A DNA stretch of 64,000 nucleotides from Selaginella moellendorffii. Its lineage: Eukaryota; Plantae; Lycopodiophyta. The position numbers and the translations under genes are program-made. The stretch spans positions 82,924-146,923 of the forward strand of contig NW_003314380.1 in assembly GCF_000143415.4 (NCBI RefSeq). The letters are read 5' to 3'. Position 1 is the stretch's first letter, and each line of letters begins with the position of its first letter. Positions 50,110 to 60,194 of this stretch are shown here, in pieces. The notes beneath the pieces are model-generated. The model ran no database searches. It saw only the letters and a program-made list of their open reading frames with translations, and was not told the origin of the DNA.

Positions 50110-51019
50110 ATGGAGATAGCAGCGCTAGGGCACGATCGCGGGCATGGAGACGCCGGCGAGGATGATCGGCCTCGCGATTCGCAGGTGTGATGCCCGGGTT
50201 CTTGAAATTTCTTGAAATTTCTTAAAATTTCTCCATATTTCGGTGTAGAAGGATAGAGCGCACGGCACTGGCGCGATCGTCGAGCCGATCGATCGAGCAG
50301 CCGGAGAGGATGTATCTGCCAGGCGCGCATTGGCTTTCGCGGCTAGGAAGACGAAAGCTGCTGCGGATGCCGCCACTCAGCGAGCGGCAGACGCCGCCGC
50401 GCAAGAGCAAGGTAGTATGAGACAGGGCGAAATCACTGGTTTGCAAGCAGCGCGGCAAAATGCGGCTGTGGAGCAAGCTTCTCAAGTAGCCGCGGTCTAT
50501 TCTCCAGCCAAGAAGAAACAAACTACGTTGGTACCCACTGCTCAAGCGCCGGTTCCACCAGGAATTCCTCCACAGTGTCCTGCTCCTACTGCTGCTATCC
50601 AGGCACCGATACCAGCAGTAACTTCATCTGGTAGAGTGCCCTTTTCTTTAAACTGTTCTTACGTGGTTTTCTGGCAGTCGAAGGAATGGAATGCCAAAAG
50701 TTTCTCTACGAGGTGGCGAATCAAACAGCTAGGAGTGCGACTGCCCAGATGGCTGCCGCTGAGAATCTCGCGACAAATGCTCGAGACACTGGTACTAGAC
50801 AGGTATATAGTTCCGATTTGGAAAAATTCTTTGCGTTTGTTCTTTAGCTGTGTTACTCACGTTGACGCTCGTGAATAGGAAGCGGAAGATCAGGCTACGA
50901 AAGCGCAGAAGAATATGGGATTGGCCAAACAAATGGCGGAGGCTGCACAGTCGCCTGCTGTAGCTGTCCAAGCCGTCGCTGCCATCCAGAAAGCCTGTTC
51001 CAATAAACACGAGTCCTGA
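50110..51019 (+). CDS. Hypothetical Ala/Gln-rich protein, ~4 exons
   Basis: An open frame is maintained across three short GT-AG introns (MEIAALGHDR..ALAFAARKTKAAADAA..EVANQTARSATAQMAAAENLA..EAEDQATKAQKNMGLAKQMAEAA..HES*). Confidence 0.55.
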
Positions 51020-51145
51020 GTAAGCTCTTTCAAGACTACTATTGACTGGAAAATAAACTTTGTCCAGTTTGCTCAGGACTGCAACCCAAAGGATTTGAAC
51101 CACGAACGTTATCCAGAAGAAATCTATATGCTCTTCTAGAAATCG

Positions 51146-51760
51146 ATGGCTATGGTGCTCTCTTCCGCCAGTCCAGCAGTAGTAACTCTTGGTGTTCTCG
51201 GATCATTTCACAAGCGTACGCTTGTTACTCAGTCGCTCAATTTTTACACGGCACGATCGCTGCTAAGGTTTGAACCACTGTCAGCTCAGATCCGAGGGAG
51301 AAGCCGCCATAGCTTGATCCGAGCAGCAGCATCATCAACTGGGCCATCTTCGGAGAGAAAAGAGGAAGTGTTCTTCGATGGTGGTCCACATTACGGTGAT
51401 CTGGTAGCCAACTTGGTGTTTGGCTTCACGCTTTTCTGGCTACCATTGACAGTCGCAGCGGTGTTCCGGGCCTTGTTCTTGAGGTACAGGTTCACAAACT
51501 ACAGAGTGACTATTCTTTCGGGATTAACAGGTGGTGATAGGAAAGACTTCAAGTATGACGCGATCAAGGACGTCAAGTATGTCCCACGATTCATCGGCGA
51601 GTGGGGCGACGTTGTGATCACTCTCAAGGATGACACCAAGGTGGAGCTCAAATCCTTGCCCAGATTCAGAGAGATCGCAAAGTTCTGTCTAGACAAGTCT
51701 GGAGTTTCCGGTGGCGGCTCTGTGGAAGAGATGGAAGTCAAGAAGAGGGGATTTTCGTGA
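51146..51760 (+). CDS. Chloroplast bPH_2/DUF304 (bacterial PH domain) membrane protein
   Basis: Transit-peptide-like N-terminus, then EEVFFDGGPHYGDL..LRYRFTNYRVTI..VPRFIGEWGDVVITLKD, as in plant and cyanobacterial homologues. Confidence 0.8.
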   Translation: MAMVLSSASPAVVTLGVLGSFHKRTLVTQSLNFYTARSLLRFEPLSAQIRGRSRHSLIRAAASSTGPSSERKEEVFFDGGPHYGDLVANLVFGFTLFWLPLTVAAVFRALFLRYRFTNYRVTILSGLTGGDRKDFKYDAIKDVKYVPRFIGEWGDVVITLKDDTKVELKSLPRFREIAKFCLDKSGVSGGGSVEEMEVKKRGFS

Positions 51761-52038
51761 AGCTTTAGAGTTTGAGGCGAAGTATAAGATGTGTTTCTTC
51801 CAAGGGAAAAGAAAAAACTTTACGTTCAGTATAGAGGTAGAAAAGCTTGCAATGGGTGGCTGACGCGTGGCTAACTAAATGACGAGCGTTGTCTTTAAAG
51901 TCAACGTCAGTGCTTTGGTCGATGGTCATTGACACGCAAACTTAGCTATGGCGGCTAAACCCTAATGTCATGGATGCTGCGGGGATTTCTTCGCGGAAAC
52001 GCAAACGCTGAAATTTCGGGAAGGAAACACACGTCCCA

Positions 52039-52070
52039 TCTCTCTCTCTCTCTCTCTCTCGCTCTCTCTC
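52039..52070 (+). repeat. (CT)n microsatellite / GA element upstream of the TMEM45 gene
   Basis: TCTCTCTCTC... run just before ATATAA. Confidence 0.9.
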
Positions 52071-52158
52071 ATATAACTACGGGGTGACCTCGCATTCTTC
52101 TATTAGGGTTCTTCCTTTCCTCTATCACCAATCTCCCCCGTAGTATCACTCCTCCGCC

Positions 52159-53112
52159 ATGGGGACGCTCGTCGGCCATGTCGCGCCTGGCATCGGATTC
52201 GCGCTCATCGGCCTCTGGCATCTTGTCAACATCGTCAGGAGCTACATCGAATCGCCGTCGGGATTCGAGGCCCGCCCCTGGTTCCCGGTAAAAATCTCCA
52301 GGAGATCGCGCTTCTCCTCGCGATCGATCGTCGTCTACGCGGAGCTCTACCTCATAATCTTCGGATCCGCGCTCTCCATCGCGTCGGAGCTCTTCATCTG
52401 GCCCGAGAAGCACCAGCCGCTTGCCGACGATCTCTCCATCCCGGCCAATCACCTCAACAATTTCGAGCACTCGTCCATGTCCTTCTTCTTCCTCGTCTAC
52501 GCGGCCGTGGCGCTCGTCACGAATCTCCTCAATCTGGCGCTCCCGCCGGGGACGCTCCATCTCTTGGCGGCCCTAGCATTCAGCCAGGAGCTCCTCCTCT
52601 TCCATTTCCACTCGGCAGATCATATGGGACTCGAAGGACAGTATCACTGGCTGCTCCAGCTCGCCATCGCGATTTGCCTCCTGTGCACCGTCCTGGAAAT
52701 CTCTCGCCCGAGCTCCGTCTTGCCGGCGCTCGTCCGCGCGGTAGGGATTCTCTTCCAGGGACTGTGGCTGATCCAGATGGGGCTCGTGCTCTGGATTCCA
52801 AGATTTGTTCCCACTGGCTGCCGGATGGTCTCGGAGGACGATCACGACGTTGTGCGCTGCGCCGACGAGGGATCCACGATGCGAGCCAAGGCGCTTGCCA
52901 ATCTCCAGTTCTCCTGGTACCTGGCCGGGGTCGTGATCTTCTCCATCGCGCTGCTGTGCTCCTTGATCCAGCGATCGCGCTCGCGGCACGGAAATGAGTA
53001 CGCGAGGATGGATTCCAGCGAGGGCGAGCAGGAATTTCGGCACAAGAGCTCCGGATCGCACAGCTCCATCGAGATGGAGGAGGGATTTCCAGCGCTGGAG
53101 CTGGGGCGATGA
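52159..53112 (+). CDS. TMEM45 / DUF716 family membrane protein
   Basis: MGTLVGHVAPG, NHLNNFEHSSM, QELLLFHFHSADHMGLEGQYHWLLQ, FQGLW, RAKALANLQFSW. Confidence 0.92.
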   Translation: MGTLVGHVAPGIGFALIGLWHLVNIVRSYIESPSGFEARPWFPVKISRRSRFSSRSIVVYAELYLIIFGSALSIASELFIWPEKHQPLADDLSIPANHLNNFEHSSMSFFFLVYAAVALVTNLLNLALPPGTLHLLAALAFSQELLLFHFHSADHMGLEGQYHWLLQLAIAICLLCTVLEISRPSSVLPALVRAVGILFQGLWLIQMGLVLWIPRFVPTGCRMVSEDDHDVVRCADEGSTMRAKALANLQFSWYLAGVVIFSIALLCSLIQRSRSRHGNEYARMDSSEGEQEFRHKSSGSHSSIEMEEGFPALELGR

Positions 53113-53329
53113 TGGACAATCGGCTGGACAGATGGAAGATGCTCGAGCCGAGGTGAGATAGCTCCCCAGAAATTTGGATTGGAATTCCCCCCCTTTAGAG
53201 TGTTTCCTGTCTGTCTATTCTACCGTCGTCTTCTACCAAGATGTACAAAAGACCAAATTGAAAAGATTCCGTGTTCTCGTTTGAGTATATTCGCATCTTT
53301 GGCGGGTTTAGGGTTCTTGGAGGGAGGGA

Positions 53330-55036
53330 ATGGGAGAAATGGAGGAAGAGGCGACGGCGATGGAGGTGGACGACGGCGCTGTTGATGTTGATCCGCCGCG
53401 GAAGCTTACGGCGGCGCAAAAAGGCAAGGCGCCGATGACGCAGGAGCTACAGCGATCCGGGCCCTGGGTGGAGAAGTATCGCCCTGCGTCTCTCGCGGAC
53501 GTTGCAGCGCACAAGGATATCATCGATACAAGTAAGATCTTAGCTGCTTTTGCAGATTATGTAGGGATTTCTCGCGATCTTGGGAAGAATGTAGTGATTC
53601 TCTCGGCATTTTTTAATTCCTCCCTCTTTCTTGCGTTCTTCGTCTTTTATTGTTTGTTATCTTCCTTTTTTGTAGCTCATTTTGTCCATGCCTTTTCGAA
53701 GTTGACAGGCTCACTGCGGAGAACAAGTTGCCCCATTTGCTTCTCTACGGGCCTCCCGGGACAGGAAAAACATCCACGATTTTGGCTGTGGCACGCAAGC
53801 TCTATGGTCCGCAGTTCCAGAATATGATTTTGGAGCTCAATGCCTCGGACGATCGAGGTATTGATGTTGTGAGACAGCAGATACAAGACTTTGCTAGCAC
53901 GCAGAGTATCTCCTTTGGGTACGAGAGTTTTGTTTTTGTTTCCTAACCTTTTTGTTTTTTTTTTTTTTTTTTTTTTTCTTTTTCTTTTTTTCTTACTTAC
54001 CGAATAGTAACCACAGAGAGAAAGCGAATGTTAAACTTATAATCCTGGATGAAGCAGATGCCATGACCAAGGATGCGCAGTTTTCTCTGCGGAGAAGTAC
54101 GTTGTCGTTGCTTAGATTGAATCATCCATGACAGTTTTCATTCGATAGTCATTGAGAAATACACGAAGAACACAAGGTTTTGTTTGATTTGCAACTACGT
54201 CAGCAAGATTATCCCAGCGCTGCAGTCTCGATGCACACGTTTTCGTTTTCCTCCTCTTCAAGCACAGCATGTCAGGGAGCGCCTTGAGTTCGTAATTGAC
54301 CAGGAAAGGTAAGCAATGTTTTTGTTTCGAAATATCGTTTTTGACAAGTTTTTACAAGGCTGGATGTCACGGAAGATGGCCTGTCTGCCATCGTGAGACT
54401 TAGCAATGGCGACATGCGGAAGGCTTTAAATATCCTTCAGGTCAGTGATGGAAACGCTTCTTGTCGCTGCTCATACTGCTTGTTTATTCTCCGTAGTCGA
54501 CGCAAATGGCCGAGCCGCATGTCACGGAAGCAGCAGTTTACTCATGCACAGGAAACCCCACGCCAAAGGAAATCGAGCAGATTGCGTCCTGGCTTCTGAA
54601 CGAGTCATTCCAGTCGGCTTACAGCAGTATCCTTACTAGCACAAAACTTCTCCTTCCTTTGCTGCACAATCCATCTTAACTCTGCCCAGATATCGTGCAG
54701 CTAAAGACAAGCAAAGGACTGGCGCTGGTGGACGTTGTTAGGGAGCTGCAGCCGTAAGTAAGCTCGTACTACCTCTCTTGGCATTCAGAACCTATACTAC
54801 GTTTCCAGGTTCATCTTTACCATCAGCATGCCCGGCAACATCCGCGTGCCTCTCATCAATTGCCTCGCGGACATCGAGTACGCTGCACTCTTTTCTTCTG
54901 TACATGAGCTGAAATTGTGTGTGCGTTCTGTTACAGGTACAGGCTTGCGTCTGGACCCAACGAGAAGCTCCAACTGGGAGCGCTAGTGAGTGCCTTCACT
55001 CACACACGCGTAGCCTTGGTTTCTGCCGCAAGATAA
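53330..55036 (+). CDS. Replication factor C small subunit (yeast RFC3 / human RFC5 type), multi-exon
   Basis: [88 protein letters not shown]. Confidence 0.95.
54627..54689 (+). other. U12-type (minor spliceosome) GT-AG intron in the RFC gene
   Basis: 5' site GTATCCTT and branch-point-like TCTTAAC 9 nt before the 3' end. Removing it restores the frame [17 protein letters not shown]. Confidence 0.8.
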
Positions 55037-56973
55037 ATCTGTGAGCGAGTTTCTGTCCCTGTCATCGACTGTTCTAACCTCAGGCTCTGGTTCCAGGTTC
55101 CAGTGGAGGTAGTGGAAGAAAACATGTTTGCAAGCAAGAGCAACGCTGTTACGTCCTTTCTTGATCCAGTGTCGAGCACACGTTTCGCAATTGTAACTCC
55201 GTCACGGACGTCGCTGTGGCTTCCACAGGCCCCGAGCAGGGAAGTCCACTCTATTGCATCACCTTCATACGGCATACTGCTGATGAGATCTTTAGCGTCT
55301 TCCAGATATCCAGCTCTGCTGAGCAAGTCCACCATGCAAGAGTAGTGCTGCCTCGTTGGCTCTAGCCAGTAGTCCTGGATCATAGACTGGAAGCAGCGGT
55401 TTCCAGCGGAAGCTTTGCCGCCCTGGCTGCAAGCAGTGACAAGCAAGCTGAAACAAATCTCATCGGGAGTCTCCGTGAGATTCATCAATACAAAGGTGGC
55501 GAACGCTTGTTTCCGGTGATTGTTTTGGCTGTAGGCGGCTAAAAGCGCGGTCCAGGCAATGGCATCACGCTCGGGCATGACGCTGAAAAGACTTTGAGCT
55601 TTGAGTATATGCCCGTTTTGGGCATATGCTACGAGCAAGGCATCCCAGGAGATTAAGTCCCTCTCGGGCATTTGGTTAAAAATCGCTGTGGCGGTGTCCA
55701 GTTGCTTGTTTTGGGCATATGCCCCCAGCATCGAAGTCCACGTTACTATGTTATGTTCTGGCATCTCGGACGCAATGCGATTAGATTCGTCCAGATGCCC
55801 TTGAAAGGCATATGCCGCGTAGAGGGCATTCCACGTCATGAGATTCCTTTGTGACATTGATTCAAACAATGCTTTAGCTTCCTCGACGCAGCCGTGCTGG
55901 CTGTACATCGTCAGCATGATATTCCACGTCACTAGATTCCATTGTGGCATTTTGTTCAAGAATGTGTGTTTGGCAGCTGTAAGATTCCCGTGTTGGGCAT
56001 ATGCTGCCAGCATGGCATTACACGTAACTACATTTTTTTGCGGAATTTTGCTAAAGAGATTCTCTGCCTGCTCCACAAGTCCCTTCCTCGCGTACATAGA
56101 AATCAGAACATTCCACGACACGGAATCTCTGTTTGGCATTGTATCAAACACTCCCCGCACTTCTGTAATATACCCTCTTTGGGCATATGCACAAAGGATA
56201 GAGTTCCATGAGACAATGTTGCGTTGCGGCATTTCATCGAAGTATCTTTTAGATTCAGAGAGATTCCCAGCTTCGGAATGTGCAGTGATCATACAAGTCC
56301 AGGATATCAAATCCCTTTCGGGCATAGTCTCAAACATAAGAGTCGCTCTTCCTAAACACAAGTTTCCAGCATATGCCGAGAGCATGCAGTTCCACGCAAC
56401 AAGATTCCTCTGTGGCATATCGTCGAAAATCTTCTTGGCCTCCTCCACAAGCCCGTCTTGCGCAAGAGCGTCGATCACAGCCGTCCATGAGAACAGATCC
56501 CTGGCTGGCATTTCGCCAAAGACCATCTTTGCCACGTCAGTGTGCCCGTTTTGGGCATATGCCGAGAGCATGGACGTCCACACAACAATGTCCCGCAGCG
56601 GAATATTATCAAAAATCCCGCGCGCTTTTTCAAGATTCCCATCCTGAGAATATGCCACGAGCAAACACGTCCAGGACACAAGGTTCTGCTGAGGCATAGT
56701 GTCAAATATGCGCTTGGCGTCTGCTAGATGCCCATTCCGGGCATATGCCGCGAGCATGAGATACCACGAGAAGGGATTTCCAGCACCGACAACGCTGTCG
56801 AAAACAATCCGGGCATCTCTCACGCTGCCGCATCTAGCGTACATTTCGATCATGCGGTTGAGCACAAAGACATCGGTGCCAAACGGGCTTTGGGCGATGC
56901 GCTGGTGGATGATTCTCGCACCCGAGACGCTGGTAGAGGAAGCAATAATCTCCAGGCACTGCTTTCTGTCCAT
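55000..56973 (-). CDS. PLS-class PPR protein (tandem 31-aa SS-like motifs + E domain, no DYW)
   Basis: About 16 repeats of the type FD.MP.RNLVSW..ML.AYAQ.G...A, then HYSCMVDLLSRAG.L..A and WTSLLGAC. Intronless; likely start is MDRKQ at 56973. Confidence 0.93.
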   Translation of the reverse strand: MDRKQCLEIIASSTSVSGARIIHQRIAQSPFGTDVFVLNRMIEMYARCGSVRDARIVFDSVVGAGNPFSWYLMLAAYARNGHLADAKRIFDTMPQQNLVSWTCLLVAYSQDGNLEKARGIFDNIPLRDIVVWTSMLSAYAQNGHTDVAKMVFGEMPARDLFSWTAVIDALAQDGLVEEAKKIFDDMPQRNLVAWNCMLSAYAGNLCLGRATLMFETMPERDLISWTCMITAHSEAGNLSESKRYFDEMPQRNIVSWNSILCAYAQRGYITEVRGVFDTMPNRDSVSWNVLISMYARKGLVEQAENLFSKIPQKNVVTCNAMLAAYAQHGNLTAAKHTFLNKMPQWNLVTWNIMLTMYSQHGCVEEAKALFESMSQRNLMTWNALYAAYAFQGHLDESNRIASEMPEHNIVTWTSMLGAYAQNKQLDTATAIFNQMPERDLISWDALLVAYAQNGHILKAQSLFSVMPERDAIAWTALLAAYSQNNHRKQAFATFVLMNLTETPDEICFSLLVTACSQGGKASAGNRCFQSMIQDYWLEPTRQHYSCMVDLLSRAGYLEDAKDLISSMPYEGDAIEWTSLLGACGSHSDVRDGVTIAKRVLDTGSRKDVTALLLLANMFSSTTSTGTWNQSLRLEQSMTGTETRSQIYLAAETKATRV

Positions 56974-57650
56974 GGCATCTTTTCTATTTCGTAGAATATG
57001 CCAGTCGGACTCACGGCACAAACTTTGTTACTTTTGTCAATACCGGACCTGACACGTTTGGAAAGGCATTGTAGTCTTGTGAAGCAAGAGAAAACGAGTG
57101 TCGACAAGTAATCAAATTACATGTCGATAAAGCAATGGGATAGATTGACCAGAATCTTTTTTTTTTTTTTCTTGCTTCAATTTAGACAAGGTTTATAGAG
57201 GTTAACAAGTGCTGAAACTTGTAATGAGGTTGTGATCATTTAGTGTTAACGTTGAAAAAGCGACTGATTCTCGCCCGACCTTTTGAAGATTCATATGCTT
57301 ACCGGTTTTTCTAGTAAGATTCTTTGAGTCTTTTAGGACGAATCTCACACAGCCTGGCCGTCACTCACACAATGGCCTTGGAGTTCAATCTAAGTGTATT
57401 TTCCTACAGTGTCTTAGGAGTGGAGCTTTTCGCTCACAAGAAGGGGTTGTTGACAAAGCCCCCTACAGCTATGGGACACCCTTGAGACACATTTAAAAAG
57501 CTATACCCTGTAGAGTTGAGTTGGAAAATTTCCTGCTATACCTTTAGAATAACTTTAATACATTGTAGTTCTGTAGACTTAGTCCCCTTTTTTACCGGTC
57601 GCTAATTTACCAGAAAATCGCGGGTGCAAAAACTGAAGATAATAACGATC

Positions 57651-57784
57651 AGTCAACAGTCAGCCAGTCCAGCTAGATTTATCGACAGCACACGCGGGCC
57701 AAACTTCCACGTGTTCCAGTCAAGGTCAGTGGCGGTCAAGTCGGGATTAAGAAGCTCTCGAATACATCAACGGCCATGTTGACC
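57651..57784 (+). promoter_or_regulatory. W-box / G-box cluster upstream of the U-box gene
   Basis: TTGAC(C/T) sites at 57651, 57718, 57734 (reverse) and 57779; CACGTG at 57708; ACGCG at ~57692. Confidence 0.55.
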
Positions 57785-58168
57785 ATGACCACCGGCCATT
57801 GCGGACCGCAGGAACGCCATCTCCGCCGTCCATGCGCCCCATCCAACGGCCGCCCCTGGTCCTTGTCTCTGTGTAACAGGGACCCCGTGATTTGGAGTTA
57901 ATTGAGCCACTGCTCTGGCAGGGAGCCGGAATGGGTCTTTGTCTTGCGCCTTCGCAATGGCGTGTGGTATATGTATCATGTCTGGGTCTTCAAAGGAGAG
58001 GCCTGGAAGCTCGCAGCTTGAGCCAGGATATAAGTTTGAGTCGAGAAGGTAGATCACTGCCAAGAAATCGGGGTCTTTTAGTGGATTCAAGGAGCTCTGG
58101 AGAAGGAAAAACCAAGTTTTGATAGCGGTAGCAGTAGTAGCAGCGGTAGCAGCAGCAGCAGCAGTGGT

Positions 58169-59422
58169 ATGGCCATCTCGCCGGTGCTTGATATCCAATT
58201 GCCCAGAGTTCCTACGCTGTTTCGATGCCCCATCTCGCTGGAGCTCATGAAGGACCCGGTGACGCTGAGCACCGGCTTGACTTACGACCGGAGCAGCATT
58301 GAGAAGTGGTTTGATGACGGCCACCACACCTGTCCCGGAACCATGCAGCTGGTGAAAGTCCGCGACTTGGTCCCCAATCACACGCTCCGGAGGCTCATCC
58401 AGGAGTGGTGCGTCGCCAACAAGTCGAGAGGCATCGAGAGAATTCCCACTCCAAAGCAGCCCCTGGACGACGAGCAAGCCAGCCACCTCGTCCGCCAGAT
58501 CTCCTCCGCCGAGCTCTCGGGACGCGCAAAGAGCCGGCTCCTCCGGAACCTCCGAGCGTCGTGCAAAGAGAGTGAGAAGAACCGGAAGTGCATTGCCGGT
58601 GCCGGGGCGATCCCGGCGTTGAGCAGCTTGGTGTCTTCGTTCCAGCCCAGGATAAGTTTCGACAGGCCTTCGAATCTAGAGGACCTCCAGTGCTGCGAGG
58701 ACGCGGTCGCAGTTCTCGTAATTCTGCTACCACTCGAGATCGAAAGTTTGAGAAAGTCCATCATCAATCCGTCGCTGCTGGCTGTTTTATCCTGGATCCT
58801 CCACCGACGTAACACCGAAGGCCAGATCAACGCTGCCCGCCTGCTCGAGCTTGTGGCGACTGACGATGAATCCAAGTCGATGGTGGGAGCGACTGAGAGG
58901 TTGATACCGGGACTTGTCAAGCTTGTCAAAGAGGACAGTGCGTATCCGCGAGCAGTCAGGGCGAGCCTGACCGCGTTGCTGGCCATCGTCTCCTGCCGAA
59001 AGAATCTCGTAAAGGCTGTCCAAGGTGGTGTGGTGCCGCCGTTGATAGAACTCCTCTCCGAGGCCAGCCGACTCAACACCGAAAGAGCTCTGGCTGTGCT
59101 CGAGTTCGTGGCCAGATGCGCAGAAGGACGGGAAGCTCTGATGGATCACAGTCTGTCAGTGCCGATGCTGGTGAAGATAATTCTCACGGTTTCGGATCTG
59201 GCGTCAGAGCGAGCAGTCGGGATCCTGTTGTTGATGTGCCAAGCTGATGACTCTGTCGTCCAAGCAGCTGCCAGCGAAGGTGCTTTTACTCAGATGATTC
59301 TTCTCATCCAGGCCGATAACACTTCGGAGACCAATCACCGGGCCAGACAGTTTCTTAAGTTGCTTCGCGGAGCTGTTCCTCGAGAGTGCATGCACGACTT
59401 TGCCTTCACAATGCCGTTTTGA
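58169..59422 (+). CDS. Plant U-box (PUB) E3 ubiquitin ligase with ARM-like repeats (CMPG/PUB20-26 type)
   Basis: FRCPISLELMKDPVTLSTGLTYDRSSIEKW..TCP..LVPNHTLRRLIQEWC..GIERIPTPK; intronless. Confidence 0.95.
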   Translation: MAISPVLDIQLPRVPTLFRCPISLELMKDPVTLSTGLTYDRSSIEKWFDDGHHTCPGTMQLVKVRDLVPNHTLRRLIQEWCVANKSRGIERIPTPKQPLDDEQASHLVRQISSAELSGRAKSRLLRNLRASCKESEKNRKCIAGAGAIPALSSLVSSFQPRISFDRPSNLEDLQCCEDAVAVLVILLPLEIESLRKSIINPSLLAVLSWILHRRNTEGQINAARLLELVATDDESKSMVGATERLIPGLVKLVKEDSAYPRAVRASLTALLAIVSCRKNLVKAVQGGVVPPLIELLSEASRLNTERALAVLEFVARCAEGREALMDHSLSVPMLVKIILTVSDLASERAVGILLLMCQADDSVVQAAASEGAFTQMILLIQADNTSETNHRARQFLKLLRGAVPRECMHDFAFTMPF

Positions 59423-60194
59423 ACAGAAGCTAGCTTTTAGGATGCCCAGTGGTAGAAGAAACACGGAATCACAGAAAGTTTGGAACCCCCAAAACCTGTA
59501 TAAACAAAAGGAAAACACACAAGTCTATTCTTACTTCCACTGTGCCAAAAGAGAACCATACCATTTCTTTCAATTCCAAACGTACACCCATTAGAAGTCC
59601 TGCACAGCAAGCCAACAAAGAAGCTAGGACAAATCAACTCTAGACCAATGTTAACGCTAAGAAAAAAGAATCGAAGGCGAATTACCTGGTCAAAGGTACT
59701 TGAAGCCAAAGGAGAGGTCAATTTCATCGTTCTCTCCATGAATCGCTAAGAAATAAGAAACAACGCTCACGCGCTCGAGATGAAGGGTCGTTGTGACATC
59801 ATTGCGTTTGGGACCCATCCAAAGACCCCGTCTTGTCCGGGATCCCTACAATGCAAAGAAATGAGACACACTTTCACGGAGCCTCACAACAAAGCTAAAA
59901 TCACTTCAATGCTTGTACTCGTACCTTTCCCTCGCTGTCAGCTCATCTCCGCAAGCTCCAAAATTTCGGGCTAGCGGCTGCGAACACTCTAGGCATGAAA
60001 TCTTCGCTAGCTCTAACCTGTAAAATGGACGCGTGACAAGATTACCCAGCCTCCAGGCCGAAATCGATCCACGCCAGCGACAATGCCAGCGCCAGAGATT
60101 TCCCTCGCGATGCCCAAGAACCCTAAATTCTAATAAAGTAGGGCTTGTTAAACCCGCCTTGGTTTAAATTAAATTTTCCCTCTACACGGAGGTT

